DNA of 64,000 bases from the NCBI GenBank assembly GCA_050246315.1, contig JBFWWG010000010.1, positions 64,001-128,000 of the forward strand, written 5' to 3'. The DNA is from Nitrospiraceae bacterium (GTDB lineage Bacteria; Nitrospirota; Nitrospiria; Nitrospirales; Nitrospiraceae). Both the position numbers and the translations under genes were made by a program. The notes below the pieces were generated by a model that saw only the letters and a program-made list of their open reading frames with translations, made no database searches and was not told the DNA's origin. Shown here piece by piece: positions 60,970-64,000 of this stretch; the stretch's first letter is position 1, and every line of letters begins with the position of its first letter.

Positions 60970-61100
60970 TGCCTCCTGCCCCGTTTCTCCGTATCTCATT
61001 CTTGGGGAGCGGCCTGGTTGGTGCCCCATTGCGCGCATCCAACGAGGGCCTTCTCAGGCCGCGCGTTGTGCGAGCACAGGACACCAACCAGGCCGCTCCT
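60970..61100. repeat. Palindromic intergenic repeat
   Basis: GAGCGGCCTGGTTGGTG...TGCGCGCATC...GCGAGCAC...CACCAACCAGGCCGCTC. Confidence 0.7.
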
Positions 61101-61106
61101 CTCCCC

Positions 61107-61466
61107 TTACGTCTCCATCATCTCCAGCCTCGCATCGAACTCATGGCCGCAGGCGGTGCAGCGGATGCAGTCCGACTCGACCGTAAACTCATCGGACCTG
61201 ATGCCCATCCCGCCGCAATCCGAACAGCGGGCCAGGTGGACCTTGCGACCGTCCACCGTCTCATATTGAACACCCCGGAGACAGTAGATCGGTGTTCCAT
61301 CGAGCAGCCACGGCCGGCCCGCATTATCGACGACGGGCAACGCGAGATAGTGATGATTCACATAGTCCTGGATGTCGCGCTGGCTCGTGAACCCGTCACG
61401 GATGAGCTTCCCTCCCACCGCCTCGTAAAGCGCCTGTCCCTTCACGATCGTCTTGGTCGGCCCCAT
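61107..61466 (-). CDS. Hypothetical protein with C-terminal Zn ribbon
   Basis: CSDC...CTAC; GGAGGT RBS. Confidence 0.8.
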   Translation of the reverse strand: MGPTKTIVKGQALYEAVGGKLIRDGFTSQRDIQDYVNHHYLALPVVDNAGRPWLLDGTPIYCLRGVQYETVDGRKVHLARCSDCGGMGIRSDEFTVESDCIRCTACGHEFDARLEMMET

Positions 61467-61799
61467 ATTCCACCTCCCAATCTCGAATAGGGCGTTGATG
61501 CGTGAGTGCGATACGTCTCGAACGAGCGCCAGTGGCCGTCTGCCAGAGGACCGAGCCTCGTTTCGCGGACGATCCAGATTCCGCCTAGCGGTTGGATGTG
61601 ACAATCGAGGGGGACTTGAGACACACAGAGGATCGGTGCACCTCATGGCCCTGGCACCTCCTGCTGTCTTAAGTGGCGAGGAGGCCGATCTTACCCCTGC
61701 TGTATCATAGAGGCAAGATGCCGTTTATGGAGCCGGTTGATCGAGCGCGTGATAACGAGATGACGACTGGACAAGGCATCGAGTAGGCCGACGGAGACC

Positions 61800-62483
61800 T
61801 TAATCGAAGAGGCGAAATCGGATGATGGTGTAGATGGCAGCCAAGCCATCTTTCCAGGTGATCTTCTTGCCTTCTTGATACGTGCGGCCTCGATAACTGA
61901 CGGGCACTTCATAGATCCTATAGCCTCGTTTCGCGACCTTCATCGTAAACTCCGGCTCGAATCCGAATCGATTGGACCTGAGCGGCAGCCCCTTCAACAC
62001 CTCCCGCTTGAACACTTTGTAGCAGACTTCCATATCGGACAAGTTCAGGTTACTGAGCGCGTTAGAGAGCAACGTCAGCATCTTATTTCCAACGTAATGC
62101 CAGAAGAACAACACCCGGTGAGGCCCACCGAGAAATCGCGACCCATAGACGACATCGGCATGACCATCTTGAATGGGCCGCAGGAGGATCGGATAGTCCG
62201 CGGGATCATACTCCAGATCGGCATCTTGGACGATGACCACATCCCCGCTGGCGGCTTCAAATCCGGTACGCAAGGCCGCCCCCTTCCCTCGATTGCATTC
62301 GTGCAAGAGGACACGGACTTCCGAGCGCCGCTTGAGCACCTCAAGATGCGCTCTCGTGCCATCGGTGGATCCGTCATCGACGATGATGATTTCCTTCTCA
62401 AAGGGCACTTGCTGCACGCGCGAGACAATCTCGTCGATAGTGGCGAGTTCGTTAAACACAGGGATCACAACCGAAATCTTCAT
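61800..62483 (-). CDS. GT2 glycosyltransferase (DPM1-like)
   Basis: VDDGSTDGT, NRGKG, QDADLEYDP, VYGSRF. Confidence 0.95.
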   Translation of the reverse strand: MKISVVIPVFNELATIDEIVSRVQQVPFEKEIIIVDDGSTDGTRAHLEVLKRRSEVRVLLHECNRGKGAALRTGFEAASGDVVIVQDADLEYDPADYPILLRPIQDGHADVVYGSRFLGGPHRVLFFWHYVGNKMLTLLSNALSNLNLSDMEVCYKVFKREVLKGLPLRSNRFGFEPEFTMKVAKRGYRIYEVPVSYRGRTYQEGKKITWKDGLAAIYTIIRFRLFD

Positions 62484-62574
62484 CTCATCCCGTCCTGACC
62501 GCTCCGCCCAAAAACCGGGGCTCGCCGCCGTCACCCTCGGCCCATGGCGACGTCCAGCCGCATTGGAGAAGACC

Positions 62575-62603
62575 AGGCTAGAACACGGGCAAACTTGTGT
62601 CAA
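62575..62603 (-). promoter_or_regulatory. Putative sigma70 promoter for the GT2 gene
   Basis: TTGACA-N17-TAGCCT. Confidence 0.55.
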
Positions 62604-62974
62604 GGCTAGGGCGCCCTATATATACGTATTTCACCCGCCACTTTACGCATGCGCCACTGCTTCACCGAAGGACCTTCGCGGGCTCATGGATCAGATCGCC
62701 GCTGATTGCAATCTGCAAGACCAGAGACGTCTGAACAGCTCCACGCATCCTCAATAGAGTTCGAGTCCAGACGTTGACTCGACTCCCGTTCCTATGCTCT
62801 GCTCCCGCATGGTGGCACATCCTTTTGTAGCCGGGCCTTGGCTCGGTGGGTTTGATCACCCGAAATTTGCCGCCGCCTTATTCCTCTTTCCACATCTTTT
62901 GATCCTGCCTCCGATGCACAGACAGGCCGCGAATAACCACGTGCATGAGATACCCAGAGAGTGAGGAGACAACG

Positions 62975-63364
62975 ATGCCGAGACAGACTTTTTCGTCCGG
63001 CACCCCATGGGAACCCATCGTGGGATATTCCCGGGCGGTGCGGGTCGGTCCGTACATTCACGTGTCGGGCACAACGGCCACCGATGAGAACGGCGAGATT
63101 GCCGCCCCGCATGATCCCTATGGTCAAACCGTTCAGTGTCTCCGCAATATCAAGGCCGCTCTAGAAAAGGCAGGCGTCGGGCTCTCCCATGTCGTGAGGA
63201 CGAGAATCTATGTGGTCCATATCGACGACTGGGAGACAATCGGTCGCGCCCATGGCGAAGTGTTTCGCGATATCCGACCGGCCACGAGCATGATCGAGGT
63301 GCGTCGCCTCATCTCCCCCAAGATGCTGGTCGAGATCGAGGCCGACGCGTATGTCGGGGATTGA
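62975..63364 (+). CDS. RidA/YjgF family protein
   Basis: [24 protein letters not shown]. Confidence 0.93.
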   Translation: MPRQTFSSGTPWEPIVGYSRAVRVGPYIHVSGTTATDENGEIAAPHDPYGQTVQCLRNIKAALEKAGVGLSHVVRTRIYVVHIDDWETIGRAHGEVFRDIRPATSMIEVRRLISPKMLVEIEADAYVGD

Positions 63365-63795
63365 TTGTTCAGAACTCTTCGATCTGAACCCACGGGATAC
63401 GGGGAAAGTCCTTGTGATCGTAGGTGAGAGTCTGCGAGAGCCCCTGCTCGATTATTTCACACGCGAACGGGCTAGCCATGCCCGGCCACCTTCTTGGCAA
63501 CGGAGCGCTTGACCACATGACGAATCCTGTGAAAATCTTCGAGATGCGCCGATGGAGAAACCGAGTCTCTAAGATCGGAGACTCTTAAGGGCGCGCCCCT
63601 TTGTTTCAGCAGAGTAGGCGAAGATAATCGCCCACCGGTTGGTCACAGCAGTTGAGGAGACATGCCGGATATGTTAGTGGAATGAATGGCTGTAGTAATT
63701 CCTATCTACTAGCTGTACCATCGCAAGACACGATTTCAATAGCGTAAGTGCGTGGCCCAAGATTGGCCATTAGTTCATACTGATGGAGGGACAAC

Positions 63796-64000
63796 ATGAA
63801 CCTTAATCTTGCGCTGATTCTGGCGATAGCGCTCTCTGTAGGTGGATGCACCTCGACCATTCACAAGACATTCACCATCGACAACCGGCCGGCCGGTAGC
63901 GTCAGTCTCGACGCGAAGCAGCGAGTCATTCTTGTTACTGACAAAGGCGGCCCTCGGCATGATGAGCGCATTGTCTGCGCGGAGCCCAGCCCGGATGCGG
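63796..64000 (+). CDS. Hypothetical lipoprotein (runs off the window)
   Basis: GGAGG RBS; MNLNLALILAIALSVGGC lipobox; DAKQR...CAEPSPDA. Confidence 0.7.
   Translation, partial: MNLNLALILAIALSVGGCTSTIHKTFTIDNRPAGSVSLDAKQRVILVTDKGGPRHDERIVCAEPSPDA

Overview
GC-rich bacterial chromosome segment. Gene content and the palindromic repeat/MITE families suggest Nitrospira (inference, no search run). Most of it is housekeeping or core accessory: purA, tRNA-Ala(GGC), ABC-F, rarA, a nuoF-like/2Fe-2S ferredoxin/erpA/queD/folE run, mdh, an orphan NorQ/NorD-type AAA+/VWA pair, an ATP-grasp/glutaredoxin/KamA/dCTP deaminase/glycosyltransferase operon, grxD-bolA, two-component genes, a class A PBP, a DegP-type protease and two methyltransferases. 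Four things stand out. (1) A sigma54-preceded protease locus (55.8-60.7 kb) in which a subtilisin and a trypsin-like protease each sit next to free-standing genes that copy their own non-catalytic domains, plus a small protein with three D/S-G/A-G-A/S-P-like motifs. (2) A complete IS1595 element with a DUF3800-like passenger (35461-37556, 8-bp TSD) that carries, just inside one end, a near-exact copy of its opposite junction including host flanking DNA. (3) An IS110 element (53975-55120) whose bridge RNA guides, CT cores and circle-junction promoter can be read from the sequence; it is inserted in a MITE and its recombinase is frameshifted. (4) A palindrome YGTATC-N6-GATACR upstream of two sigma54 promoters. 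Start codons were adjusted by eye and are approximate. No CRISPR array or rRNA was seen.
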